Part shown: piece by piece, positions 13,391 to 26,712 of the stretch
Numbering within the stretch: position 1 is the first letter of the stretch
Layout of the letters: the number at the start of each line of letters is the position of its first letter
Assembly: GCF_004010195.1 (NCBI RefSeq)
Contig: NC_057718.1
Location: forward strand, 71,784,433-71,848,432
Origin: Chiloscyllium plagiosum
Lineage: Eukaryota
DNA length: 64,000 nt
Direction: 5' to 3'
The notes under the pieces: model-generated
Seen by the model: only the letters and a program-made list of their open reading frames with translations
Database searches by the model: none
What the model was told of the DNA's origin: nothing
Position numbers and translations under genes: made by a program

Positions 13391-14624
13391 ATTCTTCTGT
13401 CAGAAGTATTACTAGTTGTGCCATTGGCACCCTTTTTTATTTAGATGATGCTTTTCCTAAGACATAGAGGATCTTGCGGACAGCAGGTAGCTCTGGGGCC
13501 TTATCCAAGTGCCCCCTTCTTTTATACTTTTGATGACATGTTGATATTTCTACATGTTGATAGTCCTATGTTGTCAAAACCAACAGATTTAAATTTAAGG
13601 TGTTTGGTATCTAAGTACTTGTTCAAATTGAGTGGCTAAATTCAAAAATCTGTTGCCTTGACCTGCTAACTATACGGCCTTTTGATACAAACACTTCAAT
13701 TCAGGTGCTCTCTATATTTGCAAACCTTCAAGCTCATTGACACCTATTTTAAATTTCTAAGGCGATAAAAAGCCCATGATCTTTTAAAGAGACCATGCAA
13801 TACTTCCCCCCAAGCACTTTACAAACATCAAATTCTAACTTCCTACCTCCCAATCCACAAGTATTTGACCCAACTTCACAACAGTGTGAAGCTGCATTAT
13901 ATGTCTAATCCCATTCAACCTTACAAAGTACCCAAATTCCCTGCTCATAAATAATGGCCTGTTATCTGTGACTAACACTTGCAGCACTCTGTGTATTGAA
14001 AACTATACATGCAGTTTTTCTATCATCGTCCCTATGTCTGATAAATGGACCTTTGCACATCCAACCACTTTGAGTAGGTATCTAAAATGACTAAGAACAA
14101 TGAACAAATGGAAGGACCTGCATAATGGAGATGTATCTGAATCCAAAGTTTATCCAGTCATTTCCATGGATGTGGGGGAATCTCTGGTGGTAACTTTTGC
14201 CCTTATTGGCACTTTGAGCAAAGCCACACCATGCGGCTATGTCTGCGTTCAGGCCTGGTCACCAGACATAACATCTCTCCATAACATCTTATTTTGGAGA
14301 TCCTGGATGGTCCTGATGGAGTTCAGCCAGTATTTGATGGCAACACTTGCTCAGGACAATCACCCTTGTTCCCCATAACACTATGTCTTTTCTCTCCTGT
14401 GACCTAGTTTCTCCAGGTCCAAAAAGGTTTCAATTCTAGTTCCCCTCTCATCACCAATTGTTTCCGTTTTGAAAGAACTGGATCTTTCTGCTGATATTGC
14501 AGAGTCTGATATTATCAGCTGTGATGAGAGCGTATCCAGAAAATTCAATATCCTTACAAACTCTTCCATTGGCAGGGTACCACCAGTGCATCTGCAGTTC
14601 ACTACTCAGATAACTTGCAATTTT

Positions 14625-15310
14625 GTTCCTGCACCCCTAGGTACTTCTGCTCTACAATATTCTCAAGGCTCTACCATTAATTGTATAAGCCTTACCCTAA
14701 TCTAATCTAAAAAATGCAACACCTCACAGATTGAAGTCCATCTGCCATTTTTCAGCCTATTGACCCTTTTGTAATCTTAGTAAACCTTCTTCACAGTCGA
14801 CTATGCCACCAATTTTGGTGTCATCCACAAACTTATTAAATACGCCTTCTATATTCTCATGCAAATCATTTATGTAAATGACGAAGAAAAGAGGAACCAG
14901 AACCAATCCCTGTGGAACACTGCTGGTCACAGGCCTCCAGTCCGAAAAACAACCCCACACCATTACTCTCTGTCTCCTGCCATTAAGGCAATTATGCACC
15001 CAATTGGCAAGCTCACCCTGAATCCCATGTGACATAACTTTACTAAATAGTCTACCAAGCGGAGCCTTGTCAAAGGCTTTACTGAAATCCAAATAAACTG
15101 CTCTGCCATCACTAATTTTTTTTGGTAACTTCCTCAAAAAACTCAATTAAATCTGTGAGACATAGTTGTCCTTGCACAAACTATCCTTAAGTAATTTTTC
15201 CCTCTTAAAATGTCCATAAATCCTATCTTTTATAATCACATACAACAATTCATCCACAACTGAAGTCAGATTCACAGGTCTACAGTTCCTTCACTTGTCT
15301 ATGCTTGTCT
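14625..15310 (-). mobile_element. CR1 RT fragment inside the gypsy pol
   Basis: YLDFSKAFDK...RRQRVMV...VPQG...YINDL...KFVDDTKIGG. Confidence 0.88.
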
Positions 15311-15486
15311 ATTTCCAAGGCTAATCCTTTTTAGGAGTCACTGCAAATTTGCCAGGATGGAAGCCAGGTTATATCTGAACTTCCCAAAGTAATGTACTCC
15401 CAGACAGACACTGCAGCTGGGGTGAACCTTTGATCACCCTCACTTTATCTTCCAAATAGTGTAATCCAGCCTTATTCACTCTGTAG

Positions 15487-15698
15487 CTGAAAATGTGTTG
15501 CTGGAAAAGTGCAGCAGGTCAGGCAGCATCCAAGGAGCAGGAGAATCGACGTTTCGGGCCTGAGCCCTTCTTCAGGAATTTTCGGGCTCAGGCCCGAAAC
15601 GTCGATTCTCCTGCTACTTGGATGCTGCCTGACCTGCTGCGCTTTTCCAGCAACACATTTTCAGCTCTGATCTCCAGCATCTGCAGTCCTCACTTTCT
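15487..15698. mobile_element. Penelope-like family 1 short palindromic insertion (two inverted terminal repeats)
   Basis: ~90-bp inverted arms; TSD-like ccttattcactctgtag / ccttgttgactctgtag; hammerhead motif on the minus strand at 15548-15575. Confidence 0.88.
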
Positions 15699-17808
15699 CC
15701 TTGTTGACTCTGTAGATAAGTAGGTCTCTTGGCGGGGTGCCCGGATCACACACTTCTCCTTCTTAGGCATATGCCTGCCTTGGAAAAGTGTCTTTGGATT
15801 ATATTCAAGTTCTCTAAATGTTCCTTATTTGTTTTCCCTATTATTAGTAAGTCCTGTAGGTAAATGGCAACCTGAGGTGGACCTTGCAAAATGTTTTCCA
15901 TTGTATGCTGAGAACCTGAACAGGCTGTCGTTACCAAAAATGGCAGTCTCGTATCCTGGTATAAGCCCTTAAGGGAAGTAATTGTAGCATACTTCTGGGA
16001 ATCATCATCTAAATGCAATTATGTGTAACTTCATGAAGGATAGCACTCCCTTTCAGCTTTGTGTATAAGTCCTCAATTTTAAGGATTGGTTATTTATTCA
16101 GCTTTGTAAAGCGGTTTACCTATTGTTATTAATCCCCACAAAGGCAAATCAACATTCGGGCTTCAAGCTCAGTATGACCAGTGCTGCCCACTCCACAAAT
16201 TGGATTGATTTGATGATTACTCCACCTTCCAGTCTTCTGATTTCTGCCTCTACTTTTTCCCATAAGACAAATGACACTGGGTATGCCTTGCGGAATCATG
16301 GAATTGTTTCCTGGGCAACACAAAGGTGGTCATGTCTCCTCTGCTAGTCCCTAAATCTACCTAGAACTTCCAAGTATTTAATTATGACTTCACTCAGGCA
16401 GCCATTTTCTAATTGAAAAATGTTGAGCCAATCTAGATGAATCTCTCGTAACCAATTGCACCCCATCAAGCGTGGGCCTCAGCTATTATTACAATCGCTG
16501 TAATTGAATACGCCTATATTTTTTACGCAGAGACAACTGTACGACTGATTTCTTCAGGATCATTTTATTACTCTTATTGCCACTAAACTAACTCCAAAGA
16601 GGTGGTATCCCATCACCTAGCAACCCTTATTTATACATGAACAGTCTTTGACTTTAATATTGCCTCAAATTAATAGCCCCAATCAGCGAATTCATATTCT
16701 ATGTGATCCAGCTGGCTGACCTAGTAACAATCACCATACTGCCATGCTACCCCAACGACAATATTAGGCAGGATACTGTTTGATTGGAAATCCACATTTG
16801 TCATGTGGAAATCTTTTTAAAAGCTAATTTGCTCGAATTCAGGAATAGCATGTTCCTGTGAGGATACAAGATGAAAATAGCAAGATTCAGGAGCTTTAGA
16901 TGATGAAATGTTGACAGTTCAGTCAAAAGGAAAAGGAAGTATATGTAAAGTTTACGAAACTGAAACTGAATAAGGCTGTTGAGGATTATGAAAGAAGCAG
17001 ACAAGAACTTAAGCAAGAAATTAGGAGAGCTAGAAGACATCATGAAATGTCATAGGCAAGAAGGATTAACGGGAAATCCCAAGGCGTTTTACACATATTT
17101 TAGGAGCAAGAGGGTATCTAAGGAAAAGATAGGTCCACTCAAAGACCAAAGAAGGAATTTATGCGTGGAACTGGGTGAGGCTCTAAATGAGTACTTTGCA
17201 TCAGAATTCTGGAACAAGTTGACATTAAGGAGAAATAACTCATGCTGTGTGACCTGAAAAATACTAAGGTAGATAAATCCACAGGGACAGATGGAATCTA
17301 TCCCAGGATACTGAAGGTGGTGAGGAAAGAGATTGCTGGGGTCTTACCAGAGATCTTTACAGTGTCTTTAGACTCAGGTGAGATCCCAGAGAACTTGCAA
17401 ATAGCCATGATAACAGGGATAATCTCGGAAGTTATAGGCCATTAAGCCATCCATCGGAAATTCTTGGAAAAAGATTTACTTGTGTTTGGAGACTTTTTAG
17501 GGATGGTCATCATGGCTTCACGTGGGAGAGACCTTGTCTCACAAACATGATTGAGATTTTTGAACAAGTAAAGATAATTGATGAGGGTAGGGCAGTGGAT
17601 GTTGAAAACACTTGACAAGGTCCCTCATTATAGGTTGGTAAGGAAGATTAAGTTGCATGACATCCATTGTGAGGTGGTAAGTTGGATACAAATTTGGTTT
17701 GGTCACAGAAGACTTAGGGTAGGTGAAGGGGAGTGCTTTTCTGAGTAGAAGTCTGTAATTAGAGGTAATCCGTAAGGTTCAGTGCTGGGACCCTTGTTGT
17801 TTTAAGTA

Positions 17809-17957
17809 CAGGTTGTTCTGCTCCGATGCATGTTTTGTCAGTGTGAATTGGCTATAATGCAATTGATGAATTGTGGATGTTGTTTGGACAATGCAAACTT
17901 TCTACTTTTCTGTGGTTACAGAGAAACACCGCTGTCGTGTTATAGCAAAACGACCTG
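17809..17957. mobile_element. 149-bp Tc1/mariner-Tigger-type MITE
   Basis: TIRs CAGGTTGTTCTGCT ... AGCAAAACGACCTG, flanked by TA on both sides; it interrupts a CR1 RT. Confidence 0.8.
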
Positions 17958-18514
17958 TATGATTTGGATGAAAATATAGATGGTCTGATAAGTAAAGTTG
18001 CAGACATGAAAATTGGAGTTGTGGATAGTGAAGAAGGTTATCAAAGGTACAGCACGGCAGAGGCCTTGCAAACAGAGTTTAAGCCAGACAGAGTTTAAGT
18101 GTGATGTGATGAATCTTGTAAGGCCAAATGCAAGAGAGAAGTACACAGTAAATGGCTAGACCCTTAGGTGCATTGAGCGATCCTGGGGTCCAAATCCACA
18201 GCTCCCTGAAAGTGGCAACACAAATGGATAAGGTGGTAAAGAAGGCATTTGGCATGGTTGCCTTTTGTCACTCAGAGTTTTGACTATAAGACTATAAGAT
18301 ATGTTGCAGCATTATAACACTTTAATTAGGCCACGTTTGGAATATTGTGTGCAGTTTTGATCATTGCACTACAGGAAGGATGCAGAGAGTTTGGAGAGAA
18401 TGCAAAAAACATTTATCAGAATGTTGCCTGGATTGGAACATATTGGAGAGATTGGTCAAATATGGATTGTTTTCACGACAGCTTCGAAGGTTGAGGGGCT
18501 GACCTTGTAGAAGT

Positions 18515-19290
18515 AGAGCAAATCTTTTATTAATGGGTGCCTGTGGGACCAGGAGTCTGCTAGTTGATCAAATATTCTGGACAATGAAGAGGTCCACATA
18601 ATCAATGTAAAAACACACAATAATTAATAGCAACATAATGCAGCATGTATACACATCACTGTTATACTTTATTTAAAGCATAACTCACTTAAATAATAAT
18701 GCAACTTTGACTTAAATAAAACGTACTGCTGCCTCACAGCGTCAGGGACCCAGGTTGAATTCCAACCTCAGGAAACTCTCTGTGTGGAGTTTGCGCATTC
18801 TCCCCGTGTCTGCGTGGGTTTCCTCCAGGTGCTCCGGTTTCCTCCCACAGACCAAGCTAAATTACCCATAGTGGTCAGGGATGTGTAGGTTAGGTGCATT
18901 AGTCAGGGGTAAATGTAGGGGAATGAGTCTGGGTGGACTACTCTTCAGAGAGTCAGTGTGGACTTGTTAGGCCGAAGGGCCTGTTTTCACATTGTAGGGA
19001 CTATATTTTAAAAAAGCGCATTCTCACATGCACCCTCAACTGACTGCTCAGATATTGTGTTAGATAGCAGCATTTGAGGATAAATCAACTTGAAATTGAA
19101 TGAACTGTTGATATTTTATGAGGCCATTCAATTGAACAACATGCATATTGACACTAAGGTAATAAATTAAAAACTATAAACATTTCACAGAATAATTCAG
19201 TAAACTCTGCTGTATTTGAATGATATCATGTTTGCCAAATTATTGAGAGAGCCAGTTCATAAGGTGTCTGTTAAAACAAAGTTTGCTACA
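18515..19290. mobile_element. Decayed Tigger-like non-autonomous element carrying an HE1 SINE (18725-19005)
   Basis: Weak terminal inverted match (agcaaatctttt / aaaacaaagtttgct); it interrupts CR1 at the L.E.YK motif. Confidence 0.5.
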
Positions 19291-19934
19291 TGCAAAATTA
19301 AGAGATACATGGATAGTCAGAGTCTTCTTTTTCCACGGTGGAAATGTCAAATATTGGGGGATATAGGTATAAGGTGAGAGGGAAAATGTTTAAAGAGATA
19401 ATTGAACAATTTTATTTTACAAAGAGGATGGTAGGTGCCTGGAACACACTGCCAACAGAAGTGATGGAAGCAGATATGATAGCAAGTTCAACTAGCCAGG
19501 TCAACAAGCAATTGGGAAACCATGCTATTCAGGACTACAAGTGAATTGGAATTCAAGGAACAATCTTGGCATTGTGGCGTTATTGCTGGACCAATAATCC
19601 AGGTACATAGGTTAGAATCCTACCATGGAAGATAGTGGAACTTGAATTCGGTAAAATATCTAGAAATAATTGTATAGAACTTTGATGAGATAACAGCACG
19701 ATTACTGTCTGGTCACCATAATACAGGAAGGATGCAATTGCACAGGAGGGGTGCAGAGGAGGTTCATCAAGATATTGCTTGGAATGGAAAATTTAAAATG
19801 TAAGGATAGGTTGGATAGGTTTGGGTTGTTTTCATTGGAGCAGAGAAGAATGAGGGGCTATCTGATAGAGGTGTATAAGATTATAAGGAGCATGAATAGA
19901 TTGGATAAGGCGCAGCTGTTTGCTTTGTTTGAAA

Positions 19935-20212
19935 GGGTAGCATGGTGGCTCAGTGGTTAGCACTGCTGTCTAGGTTCAATTCCACCATCAGGCAATGCGC
20001 TTGTGGAGTTTGCACATTGTCCTATGTCTGCGTGGGTATCCTCCAGGTGGTCTGGTTTCTTCCCACAGTGCAAAGATTTGCAGGCCAGGTAGATTAGCCA
20101 TGGGACACGTGGGGATGCGGGGCTGGGATGGGTCTCAGCAGGATGCTCTTTGTAGGGTCATTGTGGACTTAATTGGCCAAATGGCCTGCATCCATACTGT
20201 AGGGATTCAATG
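19935..20212 (+). mobile_element. HE1-type SINE
   Basis: Head GGGTAGCATGGTGGCTCAGTGGTTAGCACTGCTG; tgaaagg repeated at both ends. Confidence 0.85.
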
Positions 20213-20489
20213 AAAGGTTAGTCCCGAGGTGGTACAAGTTCAACAGTCAGGAGGTTTGGGGGTATGTGGGGGAAAACCTTTTTAGTCCAGTGGGTGATGA
20301 TCGTCTGGGAGGACGGTAGAGCCAATTGTCTCACATCCTTTAAAAGTTACCTAGATAAGCACTTGGCACGTCATAATATTCAAGTTATGCAGGTAGCAGG
20401 AATCTGGAATTCACTGACTGTAAGGGTGGTAAAAGCAAAAGCCCTCACCACTAATGTATAGGTAGATGTGCACTTGCAATCCAAAAGGG

Positions 20490-23350
20490 ATTAAAACAGA
20501 AGCGACTGAGGAGGATTCCAGGAGTCAGCTCAGTCACCACTGACTGCCCAGGAATAAATAAAAAAGGAGGCAAGCTGTAGCAGAATGGCCATTTTTGGAC
20601 TGGCCAGTTTGAGAAGGACTGCTTTGGAGGTGAACTGATGCTTGAGGCTTAAGTGTGGGCTTTAGTGAATATCAGGCTTCGGTGAGGAGGGCAACCAATA
20701 AAGAGGGAAGGTAAGATTCTCTGCCTTGTCTTAGCATGAAGGGATAGAGATGGCAGTTAGGCCTGCCAGATTTGGGAGATCAGGGAGCAGTCCAGTATCC
20801 CTGACAACTATGTGTGCAGAAGTCTGACCAGCTGCAGCACACAGTTCAGTTGGACAGGCAATCATACACACTGAGGAGCATACACAGGGCAGAGAGTGAG
20901 ATAGACACTAGTTAGAGTGATGTGGTCACACCACAGGTTCAGTCAGGTAGATGGGTCCCTTCTCTAACAGTTACACACTTTTGGATAATATTGGGGCGAG
21001 TAGCCTCTCAGAAGAGTATAACAGCAGCAGCAGGCCTGTGGCACCACGACTAGCTCTGCTGTACAGCAAGATCAAGGCAACGTCCAAGCTAGTATTAGTA
21101 GTAAGGAATTCGTTAGTCAGGGGCACAAACAGGAATGTCTGTGACTGCAATCCAGACTCCAGGATGGTGTGTTGCCTCCCTGGTGCTAAGTCAAGGATAT
21201 CTCTGAGCAGTTGCATGAAATTTTTAAGGTGAGGATGAGCAGCCAGAAGTTGTTGTACATATTGGTACCAATGTCATTGGGAAGAAAAGTGATGAGGTCT
21301 TGAAGAGTGATTATAGGGAGTTAGGCAGAAGGTTAAAATGCAGGACTTCAAGGGTAGTAATTTCTGAACTAATTCCTGTGCCACATGTTAATGAGAGTAG
21401 GAATAGGAGGATTGGCCAGATGAATGTGAGGCTTGAGAACTGGTGCAGGGGTCAGGGATTTAAATTCTTGGATCATTGGGATCACTAGGACACAGTGAGG
21501 ACTGCAGATGCTGGAGATCAGAGTGTAACAGTGTGGGACAGGAAAAGCATCAGAGAAGCAGGAGAGTTGACGTTTCAAGCATTAGCTCTTTATCAGGAAT
21601 GTGGGGTAGGGGTTTGCGGCCAAGAGGGCTGAGAGATAAATGGCAGGGGGGATGGTGCTGGGAGCTAGGTGGCTGGAAATGTGATAGGTAGATGAAGGTG
21701 GGGAGTGATGGTGATAGGTCGGAGTGGAGGGTGGAATAGATAAGGTGAGAAGGAAGATGGACAGGTAGGACAGTTCAAGAGGGCGGTGCTAAGTTGGAGG
21801 GTTGGATCTGGGATAAGGTGGGGGGAGGGGAAATATGGAAACTGATGAAATCTACATTGATCCCATGTGGTTGCAGGGTCCCAAGGCGAAAGATGAGTTA
21901 TTCTTTCTCCAGGCATCGGGTGGCTAGAGTTTAGCGGTGGAGGAGACCTAGGCCTTGCATGCCCTTGGAAGAGTGGGAGGGGGAATTGAAATGTTCGCCC
22001 ATGGGCAGTGGGATCGTTGAGTGTGTGTGTCCCAGAAATGTTCCCTGAAATGTTCCGCAATGTAGAGGAGATCACATCGAGAGCAATAGACACAGTAGAT
22101 GACGTGTGAGAAGGTGCAGGTAAATTTCTGAGTGATGTGGAAGGATCCTTTGGGAAGGAGGTATGGGTCCTCACCTTCAACCCCACCAACATCTGGATGC
22201 AACACATCATCCTTCACCATTTCCACCACCTACAAACAGACCCCACCACCAGAGATATATTTCCCTCAGTGAGGGGGTAGGTATGGCCACAAATTTTGTA
22301 CCTCTTGCTGTGGAAAGGGAAGGTGTCAGGAGTGAAAGGTGGGTTGATGGGGGCATGGACCTAACAAGGGAGTCACGGAGGGAATGATCTCTGTGGAATG
22401 CAGATAGGGCTAGGGATGGAAATATATCCCTGGTAATGGGGTCTGTAGTTGGCAGAAAAGACGGAGGATGATACATTGTGTCCGGAGATTGGTGAGGTGG
22501 AAGATGAGGACCCTCACCTCTTTCACATCCGACAGAGATTTACCTGTACCACCTCACACATCATCTACTGTGTCTGTTGCTCTCGAAGTGGTCTCCTCTA
22601 CATTGGGAAGACAGGACGCCAACTTGTGAAACATTTCAAAGAATATTTCTAGGACACACGTACTAAACAACGCCACCGCCCTGTAGCCAAACATTTTAAC
22701 TCCCCCTCCCACTCTGCCAAGGGCATGCAAGGTCTGGGCCTCCTCCACCACCAAACTCTAGCCACCCAACACCTGGAGGAAGAACGACTTCATCTTCCGC
22801 CTTGGGATCCTCCAACCACATGGGATCAATGTTGTTTCACCAGCTTCCTCATCTCCCATGACCCCACCTTATCCTAGATCAGCCCTCCAACTCGGCACCA
22901 CCCTCTTGTACTGTCTTACCTGTCCATCTTCCTTCCCACCTGCCTGCTCCACCTTCCACTCTGACCTATCATCACCACTCCCCACCCTCATCTACTTATT
23001 GGATTCCCAGCTAGCTTACCCCCAGCTCCACACCCCCACCAATTTATCTCTCAGCCCTCTTGGGCCACCCCCACATTCCTGATGAAGAGCCTATACTCGA
23101 AACATCGACTCTCTTGCTCCTCAGATGCTGCCTGACCTGCTGTACTTTTCCAGATAAGATGTTTAGACTCATTGGGATCTCTTCTGGAGTAGTGGTGACC
23201 TGTACAACACTGACAGACCAATATTCTGGCAGGGAGATTTGCTTGGGAGGATGTAAACCAGTTTGGCAGTGGGGTGGGATCCAAAACAGTAGAGATATAA
23301 AACAGAAGGTTGAGCACAGGACAGAGATTAATCAGAGCAAGTTAAATCAT
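20490..23350 (+). mobile_element. CR1 5' region/ORF1 esterase, interrupted by a Penelope pair
   Basis: NSYTLLD...VRNSLVRG...MVCCLPGAK; RELGRRLKCRTSRVVIS...FKFLDHWD. Confidence 0.85.
21484..23168. mobile_element. Older Penelope-like (Neptune-type) inverted composite insertion
   Basis: GIY-YIG motif HIIYCVCCSRSGLLYIGKTGR on + and a mirror copy on -. Terminal repeats with decayed hammerhead motifs at both ends. TSD tcattgggatc at 21473-21483 and 23169-23179. Confidence 0.88.
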
Positions 23351-25515
23351 AAATGCATATCTGCCTTAACTATCACTCTTAGAAGCAATTTTCGACTCCT
23401 ACCACTCTCTGTGTAAAACATTTGCCCCTCACATCTCCTGTGAATTTTCCCCCTCTCACCTTAAGTGCACACCCTGAGTCTTAGACATTGCAATTCTGGG
23501 AAAAACGATTCTGACTGTCAACCCTATCTAGGCACCTCATAATTTTATAAATTTCTATCAAGTTTCATCCTCCACCTCTCCAGAGAAAACAACCTGAGTT
23601 TTTCTAGCCACTCCTTACAGCTCATACCCTCTAATCCTGGAAGCATCCTGGTAAAGCTCTTCTGGATGCTTCCAAAGCCTCCACATCCTTCCTGTAATAT
23701 GGCAACCGGAACTGAATGCAATATTTTAAATGTGACATAACCAAAGTCTTATGAAGCTGCAACATGAAATCCTGACTCTTGTACTCAATTCCCCAACCAA
23801 TAAAAGCAAGGATGCCATACGCTTGCTTTACCAGTCTATCTACTTGTGTTGTGTCTTTCAGGGAGCTGTGCTTGTGAACCCCAAGATCCCTCTGTACATC
23901 TGCTGTTCATGGTCCTGCCACTAATTTATACTTTTCCTTAACATTTGATCTCCCAAAGTGCGGTACCTCACACATCCTTGGGTTAAACTCCATCTGCTAC
24001 TTTTCAGCCCATATCTGCAACTGATTTAAATACCACTGTATCCTTTGACAACTTTCTATACTATCCACAACTCTATCGAACTTTATATCATCTGCAAACT
24101 TACTAATCCACTCAGTTACATTTTCATTCAAATCATTTAAATGTCTCAGAAGCAGTAGAAGTCCCTGTGGAAATAATGGGCCTCCAGCCAGAAATAGACT
24201 CTTCCACACTACCCTCTGCCTTCTACAGGCAAGCCAATTCTGAATCTATTCAGTTCTTTAACTTTTGGTTTGTTTTTTTTTTATCACCTCTTCTTCCACT
24301 CTATCAGCAGCCACCTCTTAATCGTGGGAAATTCTACTTCAATCAGTTGTCCGAGAGAAGCTATGGCCCATTTTCTCACATTGAGATATCTCTCTCTGAT
24401 ATAGGGAGTGAGGAGGCATTGAAAGTTCTGGCAGGCTGTAAGTAGAATAATTCCCAGGTGCAATGAGCTGTATCCCAGACTGCTGTGGAAGAGGGAGGAC
24501 ATCACTGGTACCCTGATCCAAACTTATTAATTCCTCGCTGGTATTAAGGGAGGTGCCAGAGGGCTGGGGGAAGCTAATGTTGTTCCACTTTTCAGAATTA
24601 TGGTAGAGATAAACCAAAGAATTAAAGAATACCGAGTCTAACAAGTGTTAGGATAACTACTGGAGAAAATGTATTCCACTTAGAGGGAGAATGTTTCATT
24701 AGGGATAATCGGTGTGGTTTTGGCAAAGTGACGGCATGCCAAACAAATCTGGTTAAATTTGTTGAGGAAGTACGTGGGTGAGGATAGTTCAGTTGATGAA
24801 ATTTGTATGGATTTCAGTAAGGCCCCTCATGACAGATGTTATAAAAGATAGTAGCATGTGGGGTGAAGGCTAACTTAGCAAGATGAGAAGTAGGTTTGCC
24901 AGAAGAGATCAAGGAAGACAGGCTGGATAAATTCAGGTCATTTTCTTTGGAGTACAGAAGGTTGAAGGGGACTGATAGAGATGTACAGAGGAACCTCAAT
25001 TATTCGGCATTCATTTATCCGAATTTTGGATTATCCGGACAAGATTGCAAAGTCCCAATGCTTGGCTAACAATGTTATCAGGCATTCGATTATCCGTCAT
25101 TCGATCAACCGAATGAAATACTGCCCGCCCGATTCCTTCAGATGATCGAGGTTATTCTGTATAAATTTGTGAGGAATGTGGACAGGGTGGGTAGAAAGCA
25201 GCTATTTCCTTGGTTGGCAGATCAATAACAAAGGGGCACATTTTTAAGGTGAAAGGTAAAAGGTTTAGCAGGGAGTTGAGAAAAATATTTTTAATCCAGA
25301 GGATGGTGGTGACCTGGAATGACTACCTGGGAAGGCAGTTGACGCAAGTAACCATACAACCTTTTGAAAAAACAACTTAGATGAGCACATGAAATGTCAT
25401 AATACAGAAGGCTAGGGACCAACTGTTCGTAAATGGAATTAGAGTAAATATAACCTATTTTTGGTTGTACAGACTCGATAGCCAATGGGCCTCTTCTGTA
25501 CTGTATGATTCTGCT
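23350..25515. mobile_element. Two decayed CR1 fragments (minus ~23350-24250; plus ~24300-25515)
   Basis: ISKFADDIKF on the minus strand; RT and 3' UTR remnants on the plus strand. Confidence 0.8.
24986..25159. mobile_element. 174-bp Tigger-type MITE
   Basis: TA-CAGAGGAACCTCAATTATTC ... GATGATCGAGGTTATTCTG-TA with internal ttatccg repeats; inserted at the TA of the CR1 IE.YK motif. Confidence 0.82.
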
Positions 25516-25525
25516 CCTATTTATG

Positions 25526-25866
25526 AGGAGGTTATGGTGCATTGGTAATGTCACTGGGCTCATAATATCGAATCTCAGCCCAAGAAACAGATTTGAATCC
25601 CACTATGGCAGATGGTGAAATTTGAATTCAATATCAGTCTGGAATAGAGAACTGGCCTAATGTCACCACCACTAATTGCCCTAAAAAGCTTTTGGTTTAC
25701 TGATATACTATAGGGAAGGAAGTCAACCATCCTTACACAATTTGGCCTACATGTGAATCTGAAACCACCACAATGACTCTTAACTGCCATTTGGGCACAT
25801 AGGGATGGACAACAAATGCTGGCCTAGCCAACAATACTGACATCATGTGAACAAATAATAATAATA
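25526..25866 (+). mobile_element. tRNA-derived SINE with an L2-like (SINE3/SacSINE1-type) tail
   Basis: tRNA-like head and tail ggacaacaaatgctggcctagccaac. Related copies lie at ~19568-19670, 40038-40752, 51575-51803(-) and 52890-53375(-). The family name is from memory. Confidence 0.65.
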
Positions 25867-26002
25867 ATGGATATCTGTCAAAAATTCGTACGTGATTGTT
25901 ATCTCCTAAATGTATCCCAAGAATCAACATTGGAACAATTTTTTATGGTTATCCACTTTTCTATTCTCCGCTGCCAAGCTATTACTACTTGTCTCTTTTT
26001 TT

Positions 26003-26712
26003 TCTTTTTATTCATTTGTGGGTTATGGACTTTCACCAACTCACCAGCATTTACTGCCCATTCCTACTTGCCCTTGAAAGTGGTGGAGAACTTCCTTCTT
26101 GAACTGCTGTTGCAAGATGATCCACAATGTCAGTAAGGAGGAAATTATTTTGACCCAGTGACAGTGAAGAAATGGCAATACATTTTCAAGTCTGAGTAGT
26201 AAGTGGCTTGGAGGAAAACTTGCAGGTAGTGGTGTTCCCATATATCTGCTGCCTTCATCCTTCGATATGGAATGTATCGTGCGTTTGGAAGGTTTTGTGT
26301 AGGGAGCTTTGGTGAATTTCTGCAGTGCATCTTGTAAATAGTACACAATGCGATGGAGGGAAAGGATGCTTATGGATGTGCTGTCAATCAAGCTGGCTAC
26401 TTTTTCCTGGATTCTGTCAAGCTTCTCGAGTGTTATTGGAGCTGAAGCCATCTAGGCAAGTCAGTTGTATTCCATCACATTCCTGACTTGTACTTTGCAG
26501 ATGGTTGTCAGGTTTTGAGAAATTAGGAAATGAGTTATGCGCCACAGTATTCCTAGCCTCTGATGTACTCTTGTACCCACTATGTATATGTGGTGAGTCC
26601 TGGTGAACTTCTAGTCAATGGTAACCCTAGGATGTTGATTGCAGGGGATTCAATGAAAGTAACACCATTGAATGTTGAGAAACGGTGGTTAGATTGCTTC
26701 TTATTGGAGATG
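26003..26712 (-). mobile_element. L2-clade LINE 3' fragment
   Basis: ASAPITLEKLDRIQEKVASLID...VTGSK; it shares its 3' tail with the SINE family above. Confidence 0.75.

Larger units (their letters stand above)
6660..13880 (-). mobile_element. Gmr1-like Ty3/gypsy remnant (5' LTR, PBS, gag start) inside the Mag-like element
   Basis: LTR 7445-7864 plus ~13392-13880, split by CR1s. tRNA-Pro-like PBS TGGGCCCTCGGGTCCAGGAAT at 7421-7441. gag coiled coil KLEKIKLQMRQLELE and YVQTLPKFNEKDV..FFISFERV. Confidence 0.7.
6280..16740 (-). mobile_element. Decayed Mag-like Ty3/gypsy LTR retrotransposon, split into pieces by later insertions
   Basis: LTR ~16583-16740; PBS-like TGGCAATAAGAG 16571-16582; protease end PTLMGCNWL. 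RT DDSQKYATITSLKGLYQDTRLPF...MENILQG at 15746-16018. Integrase ELHQDHPG and IHLHYAGP...FLVILDTYSKWLDV at 13881-14625. C-terminus ARSGPV...LLNKHVDHIK at 6280-6615. gag appears deleted. Confidence 0.85.
16780..20480 (+). mobile_element. Decayed CR1 ORF2 fragments with MITE and SINE insertions
   Basis: NPKAFYTYFRSKRV, DKSTGTDGIYPRILK, QRRFIKILLG...FSLEQRR motifs. Confidence 0.85.
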
